Below, in pieces: positions 12,730-25,248 of a stretch of DNA of 64,000 nucleotides (its first letter is position 1; each line of letters begins with the position of its first letter). Origin of the DNA: Nemertoderma westbladi (Eukaryota; Animalia; Xenacoelomorpha); assembly GCA_032718475.1 (NCBI GenBank), contig JAUCBJ010006670.1:20257-84256 (forward strand), in the 5' to 3' direction. The translations under genes and the position numbers were made by a program. Below the pieces are notes generated by a model. That model saw nothing but the letters and a program-made list of their open reading frames with translations. It searched no databases and was not told the DNA's origin.

Positions 12730-15700
12730 TTTTAACTACTCTTACCCTTTACCCATAGGCTTCCATCTGCCCTTCATAAACTCTTATCCTTTACCACTAT
12801 TCTTCCATCTGCCCTTCACTGACTCTTATCCTTTACCACTATTCTTCCACCTGCCCTTCACAACTCCTTACCCTTTACCTCTATTCTTCCATCTGCCCTT
12901 CACTAACTCTTACCATTTACCCCTATTCTTCCATCTGCCCTCCACTAACTCTTTACTCTTTTCCCCTAGACTTCCATCTACCCTTCACTCACTCTTACCC
13001 TTTACCCCTATTCTTCCATCTGCCCTCCACTAACTCTACTCTTTTCCCCTAGACTTCCATCTGCCCTTCACTAACTCTTTAACACTTACCCTTTACCCAT
13101 AGGCTTCCATCTGCCCTTCACTAACTCTTTAACTCTTACCCTTTACCTAGGCTTCCATCTGCCCTTCACTAACTCTTTAACTCTTAACCTTTACCTAGGC
13201 TTCCATCTGCCCTTCACTAACTCTTACCCTTTACCTAGGCTTCCATCTGCCCTTCACTAACTCTTACCCTTTACCCATAGGCTTCCATCTGCCCTTCACT
13301 AACTCTTACCCTTTACCCCTGGCTTCCATCTGCTCTCCACTCACTCTTACCATTTATCACTAGGCTTCCATCTGCCCTTCACTAACTCTTACCATTTATC
13401 ACTAGTCTTCCATCTACCCTCCACTCACTCTTACCATTTATCACTAGGCTTCCATCTGCCCTTCACTAACTCTTACCATTTATCACTAGTCTTCCATCTA
13501 CCCTTTACCCCTATTCTTCCATCTGCCCTCCACTAACTCTTACCCTTTACCCCAGGCTTCCATCTGCCCTTCACTAAATATTACCCTTTACCACTAGGCT
13601 TCCATCTGCCCTTCATTAACTATTACCCTTTACCACTAGGCTTCCATCTTCCCTTCACTCTTACCCTTTACCACTAGGCTTCAATCTTCTCTCTTCTTCA
13701 CTAACTCTTTAACTCTTACCCTTTACCCATAGGCTTCCATCTGCCTTTCACTAACTCTTACCCTTTACCACTAGTCTTCCATCATTCCTTCAGCAACTCT
13801 TACCCTTTACCCCTAGGCTTCCATCTTCCCTCACTAACTCTAACTTTTTACCCTTTACCCATAGGCTTCTATCTGCCCTTCACTAACTCTTACCCTTTAC
13901 CCCAAGCATTAATCTGCCCTTCACTAACTCTTACCCTTTACCTAGGCTTCCATCTTCCCTTCACTAACTTTTTACCCTTTACTAGGCTTCCATCTGCCCT
14001 TCACTAACTATTACCCTTTACCTAGGCTTCCATCTGCCCTTCACTAACTTTTTACCCTTTACCTAGGCTTCCATCTGCCCTGCAATAACTCTTACCCTTT
14101 ACCTAGGCTTCCATCTGCCCTCCACTAACTCTTACCCTTTACCCATAGGCTTCCATCTGCCCTTCACTAACTATTACCCTTTACCACTAGGCTTCCATCT
14201 GCCATTCACTAACTATTACCCTTTACCCATCGGCTTCCATCTGCCCTTCACTAACTTTTACCCTTTACCCCAGGCATTCATCTGCCCTTCACTAACTCTT
14301 ACCCTTTACCTAGGCTTCCATCTTCCCTTCACTAACTTTTTACCCTTTACCTAGGCTTCCATCTGCCCTTCACTAACTATTACCCTTTACCCCAGGCATC
14401 CATCTGCCCTTCACTAACTCTTACCCTTTACCCCAGGCTTCCATCTGCCCTTCACTAACTATTACCCTTTACCACTAGGCTTCCATCTGCCCTTCACTAA
14501 CTATGACCCTTTACCCATAGGCTTCCATCTGCCCTTCACTAACTTTTACCCTTTACCTCAGGCATCCATCTACCCTTCACTAACTCTTACCCTTTCTTCT
14601 AGGCTTCCATCTGCCCTTCACTAACTATTACCCTTTACCACTAGGCTTCCATCTTCCCTTCACTAACTATTACCCTTTACCCATAGGCTTCCATCTGCCC
14701 TTCACTAACTATTACCCTTTACCACTAGGCTTCCATCTGCCCTTCACTAACTATGACCCTTTACCCATAGGCTTCCATCTGCCCTTCACTAACTTTTACC
14801 CTTTACCTCAGGCATCCATCTACCCTTCACTAACTCTTACCCTTTCTTCTAGGCTTCCATCTGCCCTTCACTAACTATTACCCTTTACCACTAGGCTTCC
14901 ATCTGCCCTTCACTAACTATTACCCTTTACCCATAGGCTTCAATCTGCCCTTCACTAACTTTTACCCTTTACCTCAGGCTTCCATCTGCCCTTCACTAAC
15001 TATTACCCTTTACCACTAGGCTTCCATCTGCCCTTCACTAACTATTACCCTTTACCCATAGGCTTCCATCTGCCCTTCACTAACTATTACCCTTTACCAC
15101 TAGGCTTCCATCTGCCCTTCACTAACTATTACCCTTTACCCATAGGCTTCCATCTGCCCTTCACTAACTTTTACCCTTTACCTCAGGCATCCATCTACCG
15201 TTCACTAACTCTTACCCTTTCTTCTAGGCTTCCATCTGCCCTTCACTAACTATTACCCTTTACCACTAGGCTTCCATCTGCCCTTCACTAACTATTACCC
15301 TTTACCCATAGGCTTCAATCTGCCCTTCACTAACTTTTACCCTTTACCTCAGGCATCCATCTGTCCTACACTAACTTTTACCCTTTACCCCAGGCATCCA
15401 TCTGCCCTTCACTAACTTTTACCCTTTACCTAGGCTTCCATCTTCCCTTCACTAACTTCTTACCGTTTACCTAGGCTTCCATCTGCCCTGCAATAACTCT
15501 TACCCTTTACCCCTATTCTTACATCTGCCCTTCACTAACTCTTACCCTTTACCCCTAGGCTTCCTTCTGCCCTTCACTAACTTTTTGTCCTTTACCTAGG
15601 CTTCCATCTGCCCTTCACTAACTTTTTACCCTTTACCTAGGCTTCCATCTGCCCTTCACTAACTCTTACCCTTTACCCCAGGCATCCATCTGCCCTTCAC

Positions 15701-15901
15701 TAACTCTTACCATTTACCACTATGCTTCCATCTGCCCTTCACTAACTATTACCCTTTGCCCATAGGCTTCCACCTGCCCTTCACTAACTCATACCCTTTG
15801 ATAGGCTTCCATCTGCCCTTCACTAACTTTTACCCTTTACCTAGGTTTCCATCTTCCCTTCACTAACTTTTTACCCTTTACCCCTAGGCTTCCATCTGCC
15901 C
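12730..15901 (+). repeat. About 40-43-bp minisatellite made of a 3' splice site plus exon start, about 70-75 copies
   Basis: Unit TTCACTAAC-TCTTACCCTTTACCCC-TAG-GCTTCCATCTGCCC; the last copy is the true acceptor of the nested gene's exon 2. Confidence 0.95.
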
Positions 15902-16727
15902 GTGCACGCAATGCACATCCAAGGACTGCACCAACTGCGAGGGGGGCCACGGAGTGAAACTCGTTATCGCGATCGTGGACAACCTGGACAGTCGGTTTTA
16001 CGATCAGAATGAATTCAACCGCACACCGGCGCAGGCCTACCTCCCGGCCTTGAAAAAACTGCAACGCTGCAACGAGATCGCCACCATATTCGTTGACATG
16101 GCTGTTAGATGGGACTTTACGGGTTTCGCAGGTGAGCGTTTCCCCTTACTCACCGAGGAAATTAACCACTACATCGGCACAAAAGTGGCCACTAAGAGTA
16201 ACATATACCAAGTTCTAAACCAAACTCTAGAGGCGATAAGTCCCGAGGTGGTCAGACTGTCTAGGAAGACTCAAAGAGCGGTGCTCGACACACTAGTGAT
16301 TGCTGGAATCGTTCTCGGTACTATCGTTCTAGCGGTCGTCCTTGTCTGCCTTATCTACTGCTGCTACCAGAGACTGACATATAAAGCGTGGCTGGACGCC
16401 GACCCTGAACGAGATACTACAAACACGGTTACTCAACCACCGACAGACTCTTTACAATCGTCCACGGTTAAATCCACCCTGTTGAACCACAGCCACAGTT
16501 ACCCACCCAGTTTCCTTTACGAGAACCGAGAGGATAGCAATTTCTTCCACATGGAAACAGTGCCAATGCGTGTTACTATGGAAACGGGTCCCGGTGGGGT
16601 TCCAGATAAATCCTCAGGGTGTCCGTCTGTGGAACCGACAGCACCATCGATGGAGAGTTACATAGGAGAGCGGGAGGACCCCCCACCGGCGTACCCCGGA
16701 CCCCCCTACTGCATACATGTTGCCTAG
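15888..16727 (+). CDS. MOLO-1/TPM-like single-pass membrane protein, exon 2
   Basis: Acceptor CCCCTAG in frame with ORF 15954..16727; CPC...G-x-K-L-V-I-A-I-V continues the MOLO1 pattern; TM helix LVIAGIVLGTIVLAVVLVCLIYCCY; Pro-rich tail. Confidence 0.82.
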   Translation, partial: ASICPCTQCTSKDCTNCEGGHGVKLVIAIVDNLDSRFYDQNEFNRTPAQAYLPALKKLQRCNEIATIFVDMAVRWDFTGFAGERFPLLTEEINHYIGTKVATKSNIYQVLNQTLEAISPEVVRLSRKTQRAVLDTLVIAGIVLGTIVLAVVLVCLIYCCYQRLTYKAWLDADPERDTTNTVTQPPTDSLQSSTVKSTLLNHSHSYPPSFLYENREDSNFFHMETVPMRVTMETGPGGVPDKSSGCPSVEPTAPSMESYIGEREDPPPAYPGPPYCIHVA

Positions 16728-16765
16728 CAACGCGATCGCAATCCTTTGGAGTATTGCCTAGCAAC
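16545..16765. promoter_or_regulatory. Cluster of RFX X-box motifs
   Basis: GTTACTATGGAAAC 16572-16585, GTTGCCTAGCAAC 16719-16731, ATTGCCTAGCAAC 16753-16765, half site ATGGAAAC 16551-16558. Confidence 0.5.
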
Positions 16766-17421
16766 GCAAACTCATCCCCATGGAGGGTTATTTGTAAACG
16801 TCATTAAATGTGGGCCGCACAAATGGAAATCGCCTAATTGTAAATAAAGGAATGTTTGTTTCCTAAATGAATTTTGAATAGTTTACTCTACTTAGTAAGT
16901 AGAATGGCATAATAGTCTTTCTAAAAAAATAATCTTTTGATTTTGAAGTTTTAAATCGGCAATTATTAGTAGGACATTGTGTGATTTACTAATTATTTAA
17001 TATTAATTTCATTTATTACTATATACTGTGTTCTTTTTGTATAACGTAGAATTTTGATAAAAATAATATTATTAATAAAATGTCAATTGATCATTTACCT
17101 ACTAACCACTATTATGAATTGCCTGTGTTGTTGGAATAGCTGTTAGATGTTTGTAACCAATAACAACTAAAGTTTCGGATTAGACCTCAAGCGATATCGT
17201 AATACCTAATACGGTCAATGGACGTAAGGCTAATATCCTAAGCCTTATAAGTCGGTGTTGGATGTATAATATTATTTCTAGTTTCAATCAAGTAGTTCCA
17301 GTACCTTGGGACATGGATAAAAAAGACGAAGTCAAGACGAGGTCATACCAGATCTACTTTTCTCACAACCAACACATGGAAAGCCTACCCGTGGACGACC
17401 CGGCTATAACATATATACTCT

Positions 17422-18430
17422 GCTCGATCTAGTAGCAGTTGGAGAATCGGGAAGCCTGGAAGGATCTCATTTCCACTGTCCGAGTTCGCTCGACCTAGTA
17501 GTAGTTGGAGAATCGGAAAGCCTGGAAGGATCTCATTTCCACTGCCCGAGCTCGCTCGACCTAGTAGTAGTTGGAGAATCGGAAAGCCTGGAAGGATCTC
17601 ATTTCCACTGTCCGAGCTCGCTCGACCTAGTAGTAGTTGGAGAATCGGGAAGCCTGGAAGGATCTCATTTCCACTGTCCGAGCTCGCTCGACCTAGTAGT
17701 AGTTGGAGAATCGGGAAGCCTGGAAGGATCTCATTTCCACTGTCCGATCTCGCTCGACCTAGTAGTAGTTGGAGAATCGGGAAGCCTGGAAGGATCTCAT
17801 TTCCACTGTCCGAGCTCGCTCGACCTAGTAGTAGTTGGAGAATCGGGAAGCCTGGAAGGATCTCATTTCCACTGTCCGAGTTCGCTCGACCTAGTAGTAG
17901 TTGGAGAATCGGGAAGCCTGGAAGGATCTCATTTCCACTGTCCGATCTCGCTCGACCTAGTAGTAGTTGGAGAATCGGGAAGCCTGGAAGGATCTCATTT
18001 CCACTGTCCGAGTTCGCTCGACCTAGTAGTAGTTGGAGAATCGGGAAGCCTGGAAGGATCTCATTTCCACTGTCCGAGCTCGCTCAACCTAGTAGTAGTT
18101 GGAGAATCGGGAAGCCTGGAAGGATCTCATTTCCACTGTCCGAGCTCGCTCAACCTAGTAGTAGTTGGAGAATCGGGAAGCCTGGAAGGATCTCATTTCC
18201 ACTGTCCGAGCTCGCTCGACCTAGTAGTAGTTGGAGAATCGGGAAGCCTGGAAGGATCTCATTTCCACTGTCCGAGCTCGCTCAACCTAGTAGTAGTTGG
18301 AGAATCGGGAAGCCTGGAAGGATCTCATTTCCACTGTCCGATCTCGCTCGACCTAGTAGTAGTTGGAGAATCGGGAAGCCTGGAAGGATCTCATTTCCAC
18401 TGTCCGATCTCGCTCGACCTAGTAGTAGTA
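17422..18430. repeat. 66-bp minisatellite, about 15 copies
   Basis: Unit CTCGCTCGACCTAGTAGTAGTTGGAGAATCGGGAAGCCTGGAAGGATCTCATTTCCACTGTCCGAG. Confidence 0.95.
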
Positions 18431-18631
18431 GTTCAATAAAGGAATATGAAACCTTTGCGTATAAATCAATAGGTTGGAGCGGTCGAATTCATCCCGACAA
18501 CTCATTAAAATAAAATTCCGTTTCCTATTGTAACTCGATCTTAGGAAATCGCTGTAACTTTGCAGCAAGTCCGAGGCATCTAGAACTGTTTGTTATTGGC
18601 TGCTAGCATATATAATACATTTCTGTGTAAT

Positions 18632-19161
18632 ATGTGTATGACAGAGTTAGAACTACCTCCCACCTCGTATATATTCCCAATGTGTATGACAGAGTTAGAA
18701 CTACCTCCCACCCCGTATATATTCCCAATGTGTATGACAGAGTTAGAACTACCTCCCACCTCGTATATATTCCCAATGTGTATGACAGAGTTAGAACTAC
18801 CTCCCACCTCGTATATATTCCCAATGTGTATGACAGAGTTAGAACTACCTCCCACCTCGTATATATTCCCAATGTGTATGACAGAGTTAGAACTACCTCC
18901 CACCTCGTATATATTCCCAATGTGTATGACAGAGTTAGAACTACCTCCCACCTCGTATATATTCCCAATGTGTATGACAGAGTTAGAACTACCTCCCACC
19001 TCGTATATATTCCCAATGTGTATGACAGAGTTAGAACTACCTCCCACCTCGTATATATTCCCAATGTGTATGACAGAGTTAGAACTACCTCCCACCTCGT
19101 ATATATTCCCAATGTGTATGACAGAGTTAGAACTACCTCCCACCTCGAATATATTCCCAAT
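18632..19161. repeat. 48-bp minisatellite, about 11 copies
   Basis: Unit ATGTGTATGACAGAGTTAGAACTACCTCCCACCTCGTATATATTCCCA. Confidence 0.95.
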
Positions 19162-19399
19162 GATAATGATTGCTATATGTATGTTGTAGTATAATGAGGA
19201 TGTGGGTGGATGCCTGTGCGCATACAACGAGCTGATTAAAATATGAGTTATAAACACCTATACGATATATGTGTGACCGTAGTATCATCCTGGCATGCCA
19301 CTCACTCGCGATTGGATGGGATCGGGATATAACAGGGGGGGGGGGTGGGGGGGGGGGATGTTAAAGGGATTGAGGATGTTGCAACTGGAATCGGGACGG

Positions 19400-20125
19400 A
19401 ACAGTGTTAGATGTAACAGCTGTGGGTGTGTAACAGGGGTGGGATGTCACAGGGGTGAGGGTGTAATAGGGGTGGGGGTGTAATAGGGGTGGGGATGTAA
19501 CAGGAGTGGGGTGTAACAGGGGTGGGGTGTAACAGGTGTGTTGAGTAATATGGGTGGGGTGTAAAATGGGTGGGGATGTAATAGGGATCGCGACAGAACA
19601 GTGTTAGATGTAACAGCTGTGGGGTGTAACAGCTGTGGGGTGTAACAGTTGGTGGGATGTAACAGGGGTGGGGGTGTAATAGGGGTGTGGGTGTAATAGG
19701 GGTGAGGGTGTAATATGGGTGGGGGTGTAATAGTGGTGGGGATGTAACAGGGGTGCGGTGTGACAGGGGTGGGGTATAACAGGGGTGGGGTGTAATAGGG
19801 GTGGGGTGTAATAGGGGTGGGGAGGTAATAGGGGTGGGGTGTAATAGGGGTGGGGATGTAACAGGGGTGAGGGTTAATGTGGGTGGGGGTGTAATAGGGG
19901 TGGGTGATGTAACTAGGGATCGGGACGGAACAGGGGTGGGGTGTACAGGGGTGGGGTGTAACAGCGGTGGGGTGTAACAGGTGGTGGGGTGTAACAGGGG
20001 TGGGGGTGTAATAGGGGTGGGGATGTAACAGGGGTGAGGGTGTAATAGGGGTGGGGGTGTAACAGGGGTGGGATGTAACCGCTGTGGGGGTGTAACTGGG
20101 GTGTGGTGTAACAGGGATTGGGGTT
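19400..20125 (+). repeat. G-rich degenerate minisatellite (GGGGTGGGGTGTAA[CT]A)
   Basis: Direct inspection; dense GGGG runs. Confidence 0.9.
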
Positions 20126-21719
20126 AAATTTATGGATGGGCCAATATGAAGGATTTAGCCAATTATTATTTGAGGAACTTTATTCTTATAATTACACCAA
20201 AGCGAATGAAGTAGAGTATGTGTGTGTGTGTGTGTATATTCCCAGGTACTCTTACCATGTATATAATTAATGCCATGTGCTGAAGGTTTTCTGCTACTCA
20301 ATCCAAGTAGCTACAGTATAGTATACTAATGCTCCAAGGCCTGTCTGAATCCAACTAATTAATGCATTATACACGAAGTGACACTTTACCTGTCCTCACT
20401 CATACAGCGATAGAGGTAGTAGCGATACAGCGGTACTAATGCTGCACAGTAGAGTTAGGTAGGTAGCGCTATATGATACCGACTAAGGTTTAATCCTTTT
20501 ACTGCCATTCCTTGAGCTTCCCATTCCACACCCGCTACATACATTATAAAGTTACATCAAACCTCTTGTAATTCTTAGTAATTCAATTACAGGAAAACCC
20601 ACCTATAATAAATAGGTTGGTTTAAATATATTTGGTTCACATAGTAAAAAATAAAAATCAATAGAAAACGAATGTCATGTAGTTTTGAAACACATTGTGT
20701 TATTCTTTAAAATTAGAATTCTGTCGGGTTCCTAAAACGAAGTACAAAGGTAATAACTTCCCCTTACATCACACGTTATATAATTAACATCGCTGCAATG
20801 GGTAAATTAAACACATTTTCTTAATGTGATAAATAGTTATAATAAATATTTTATAATAAATAGTTAATAGGGAGTCGGCAGTGGGAAGCCTTTAGTTGGA
20901 TTTTAATAGCCGTTCTCTGTGCTGAAACTATAGTATGTAAAATATATAAAATATGATTACAGTTTTCTAAGAATAACAAATGTTGGTAAGGCAATCAATG
21001 TATGGATGTTATTGTAGGTGATCTACTCAACATTTCTTTGTTTCCTTGCAGTTTTTTTTCTGTGGATTAATTCTGAACAAACAGGCATTTACTAACGATG
21101 TCACACAACGGCGGACGTGATGGGCGTTATGAAACCCCGGGCGTTGTGCTATGTTAATTAAGGCTAACAAAATGTGTGTTATTGTGGACTTTCCGAAAAA
21201 CAATGAGTTTGCTTGGATGTTACATAGAAATACGGCATATTTATTTATTTTTGACTTACTTAAAGGACTTTTGCCAGACAGAATAATGAGTTGTGGTTGT
21301 TTGAAATATATGGTACTAACACAAGGATCTGAATGCGACGATCACGACAATACAAATTATGTAGCTATAATAATAATATACAGAATCTACAAAGTAGATT
21401 GTTGGGAAAAACATAATTTATCTTATATATATATATTATATTGTACTATAACGAGACGGGGGGGGGGGGGGGGGGGGGGTGGTGGTGGGGCTTGAAGACT
21501 TCGTCACACGTCCCACAATTGTTATACCAGTCGCGCAATGGCGGTATCCTCTATATTTCAGTAGAAAGTAAAGACCTACCGACGGCGGAAGAGAAAGTTA
21601 AGGAAAGATATATACTGTGATTAAAATTTAAATTAAATAAACACAAAATATAAGCTAAGTTCAGGCAGAAACTAGCGTGTTTAATATATACTCATACAAC
21701 ATTGTCATTGGGAATATCC

Positions 21720-21815
21720 ATCATCATTACTTAGCGAAAAGTTTAAAGGATGAGTTGGGATCGAACCGTGAACTTCTATTCTAAAGTGCATCACCGTTAC
21801 CACTCGACTATAAAT
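21720..21815 (-). mobile_element. tRNA-derived SINE fragment
   Basis: Minus strand A box TAGTCGAGTGG, B box GGTTCGATCCC, then TTTTCGCTAAGT. Confidence 0.55.
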
Positions 21816-21999
21816 TCCAACGGAGATACCATCTTAATCCAGGCCATAGATCTTTGCCTTGTGCCATGAAATCTGCTGAGACTGAAGACCAAAATATCTA
21901 GGCCAACGCAACTATTTTCTTGGCAGCAGTATACACCTCGCATTAAAATGTTGACAGTATTATAGCAGGACTCTATTAGTTATTGCTTTATGTACTTAC

Positions 22000-22203
22000 G
22001 TGCAGGTAATGGGAACTATTAAAGTTGGATCTTTCGTTCCGTATAACCGCACACAAAGGTTCTCCGTACACTTCCCAACCACGTAGGAACTCACTATCAC
22101 TGGGACCTCGGCAACAGATTGAGATTCTAGAACACCCCGCGGTTGCGAACAATAGAACTTTACTGTGGTCAACTCATTCACTGTTTGAGGAATCACTTCA
22201 TAC
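22000..22203 (-). CDS. HYDIN: HYDIN exon 13 (YEVIPQ...PITC)
   Basis: Acceptor GTTTTAG, donor GTAAGT, 204 nt. Confidence 0.9.
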
Positions 22204-23434
22204 CTAAAACATTAATAGTCATTAATATATATAAATTAAATAAAATAATAATTCCATATAAATCTAGGAAAATTTGCAATATTAATAAGGAGAAATAACG
22301 AAATAAAATGTTAACGAATTATTGACAATATCAAGATCACCATAACAATGAAATATGATTCGAAAAAATCGCATGAAAATTTCACACTGACTTCCACAAT
22401 CAACGCGACTCATCCATTAATCACTCTTTTGCACTTTAAATACCAATATGTTTCGTTGATTTTATTTATAAATTAACTAATTTTGTTTGTCGCAACGAAC
22501 ATAACGTGGCTATCGGGCCTCCCAATGGGGTTATTGGAACTCCGACAACATAATGATAAAACAGCTTCATATCGGAGTAATAGCCCATTTAAATAACAGC
22601 ACAATTACAATATCAAAAGAGAAATCAAACCGTTTGCATTTCTCCTATCAGCTTTTAAGTTGTATTTGAAAACGTTCCCTTAATTAATCAATTCATTCCA
22701 AAACATATGCTTCCTTGTAATAGATAATCTTGCCGATCATCCACCCATATTAAATAAGCCGTGTAATGTTCTCAAATTATTACTTAGTATTTGTTATTGG
22801 GCATATTTAATAACCAGTTAAAACATATAAAGTTAATAAACCTCTCTTAAGTTGATTAATTGCAGTTAATGTCCACATCATTATACAGTGTAAGTTCACA
22901 CCTCGAATACATTTTCATATAAATCGTACACTCCCTTTTCCCTGTAACCACATGTCATCATATTATTTTAGAAGTAAACAACAGTTATTGGGACAATTTT
23001 CTCCTGGAGAGGAATGAATTTTGAATGCGCCTATGATTTCCACTACTCAAGCCATGCGATCGCACGAAATATTACAACTTCGCATTAATTACTGGACGCA
23101 CGCAATCGTTTGAATTCATGCTTCATTACGTCGTGTGAACCAAGCCTAAGGTGTAGCGTTAAACATATGGCCTGCTATTAATTATATCACAGTTTTGTGC
23201 TACCATGATTATTACATATCCTAAACAGAAACATTCTACACCAATTTATTAAACTTAGGGCCTAGTTTACATTAACTCAAATAACAGCTGATTACTCTCA
23301 AAAATAAAACTGTAACCTGTTCTATTGACTTTCGTTCATTGTTTTGGTTAGCATAACGTGTCACTGTAACCTGCTCCTTTCCCTTCACTGATAATTAACA
23401 GTACTCACTAGCTCCGCGTACAATTGCACCTTAT

Positions 23435-23871
23435 GTATTTAGTACTATATAACAGTACACACTTAGCTAGTTAAGTACACTGTACCTTGTATTTAGTACT
23501 ATAACAATACACACACTTAGCTAGTTAAGTACACTGTACCTTGTATTTAGTACTATAACAATACACACACTTAGCTAGTTAAGTACACTGTACCTTGTAT
23601 TTAGTACTATAACAATACACACACTTAGCTAGTTAAGTACACTGTACCTTGTATTTAGTACTATAACAATACACACACTTAGCTAGTTAAGTACACTGTA
23701 CCTTGTATTTAGTACTATAACAATACACACACTTAGCTAGTTAAGTACACTGTACCTTGTATTTAGTACTATAACAATACACACACTTAGCTAGTTAAGT
23801 ACACTGTACCTTGTATTTAGTACTATAACAATACACACACTTAGCTAGTTAAGTACACTGTACCTTGTATT
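23435..23871 (-). repeat. 54-bp minisatellite containing the HYDIN exon 12 donor, about 8 copies
   Basis: Each unit carries ATACAAG|GTACAGT on the minus strand. Confidence 0.95.
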
Positions 23872-23980
23872 AAGATCTGTGTCGTTTGCGAGTTTCAAGC
23901 TAAGCTCATAAGGATGTCTGAGGAAGCACCTACCGAAATCCATGGTTGGTTGCACAGAGTAAACCGAAGGTATTACTGAT
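23864..23980 (-). CDS. HYDIN: HYDIN exon 12 (SVIPSV...DFGRCFLRHPY...DLNT)
   Basis: Translated by hand; acceptor TTTATAG, donor GTACAG, 117 nt. Confidence 0.9.
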
Positions 23981-24610
23981 CTATAAATATAAAATATAGT
24001 AATTCTGCAAAATATAAAATACTTGAGATGTAATTCAGGTACAGAACTTCGAACAGCACTTTAACATGGAATATTATGGAGTGAACACAAATTAAACCAA
24101 GAACTTATAGAACATAGTATTTATTCTTATTTATTTTTATAGAATAAATACTATGTTCTTGACTAAAATAAAAACATTAGTCGCTCCGAGCGGCAAAGTA
24201 AGCAAAATGTAATAATGCAATTTTATAATAACCTTACATAAAATCGTATTTTAAATAACAGTAATGACAGATTTACGAATTCGCCATGTACAGATTTCAG
24301 TCCTGAATAATAATAATAAAAAAAGAAGAAAAATAATAAAGCTTAGTGCAACAAAACGCAGAAGTTTTATTACATGATTTTCATAACTTCAATTTGGAGT
24401 GCCGGTAAATGAAAAATTCCCATTAAAGAAAGATTCCGATAAATGAAAAACGAAATTAAAAAATAATAAGAAATATTAAAAAATATTCTGACCGACAGAC
24501 CGTCGAATAAGGCGATAGACATACACACAGTCTCACCCGCCCCACTCACTTATTGATCAAAGCTTTAAACTTAATTGTTCGTTCATTACAAAAATATTAA
24601 ATTACGCTAC

Positions 24611-24800
24611 CTAGCGGTAATAGGAAGAACGAGAATTTCTGGGCCGACATTCTCCACATCGACCACTAGAGGGACATCGTATTTCTTCAGAGTGTTCGAT
24701 AGCAAAGTAATTCGAATATCGAGTTCTCCCATTGGCGGAATTGTTGCGGATTGCGGTTCTATGAGAAACTCGCGGGGGTTTTGAGGGCGGCAGTCGGGTC
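24611..24800 (-). CDS. HYDIN: HYDIN exon 11 (GPDCRP...LPITAR)
   Basis: Acceptor ACACAG, donor GTAGCG, phase 1 to 2; LVVDVE motif. Confidence 0.92.
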
Positions 24801-25047
24801 CTGTGTATATAAATAATGTGTTATATTCGGTATCTAAACTTTCAATAAAAACGTGATAAAAAGTAGGTTTATAAAAAATAGTGTAAATTGAATAATTAAA
24901 GAAAAAGGAAATAAAAAGAAAAAGGAAGTGAAGTACGTAAGAAAAAGGAAAAACATCGATATTTATTAAAATAAACAATGGTTTATACCAGAAATCTGAT
25001 AAAGCACATATTTATAAAAGTGAAATAAACATGACAGATTAACTAAC

Positions 25048-25248
25048 CAGTCAGTATGGAAGATTCTGGTTCTAATATTCCACTCAAAGGCTCATCAGTA
25101 CCGTCACCAGGTACGCGCAAACTGAAAGTAATATCGACAAGGGCGAGACTCTTAAGTTGAACGACTCGAGTCGAAGGAAACCCGTATGAGACGGAACCAA
25201 ACTTCAAACGTTGGACGTCAAAGTGGAAGGTGGGGCCAACAACCGTTC
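25048..25248 (-). CDS. HYDIN: HYDIN exon 10 (GTVVGPTFHF...SSILT)
   Basis: Translated by hand; acceptor CCCTATAG, donor GTTAGT, 201 nt. Confidence 0.9.

Noticed and set aside
18580-19257. Repeat ORFs in four frames
   Set aside because: Translations of the 48-bp minisatellite.
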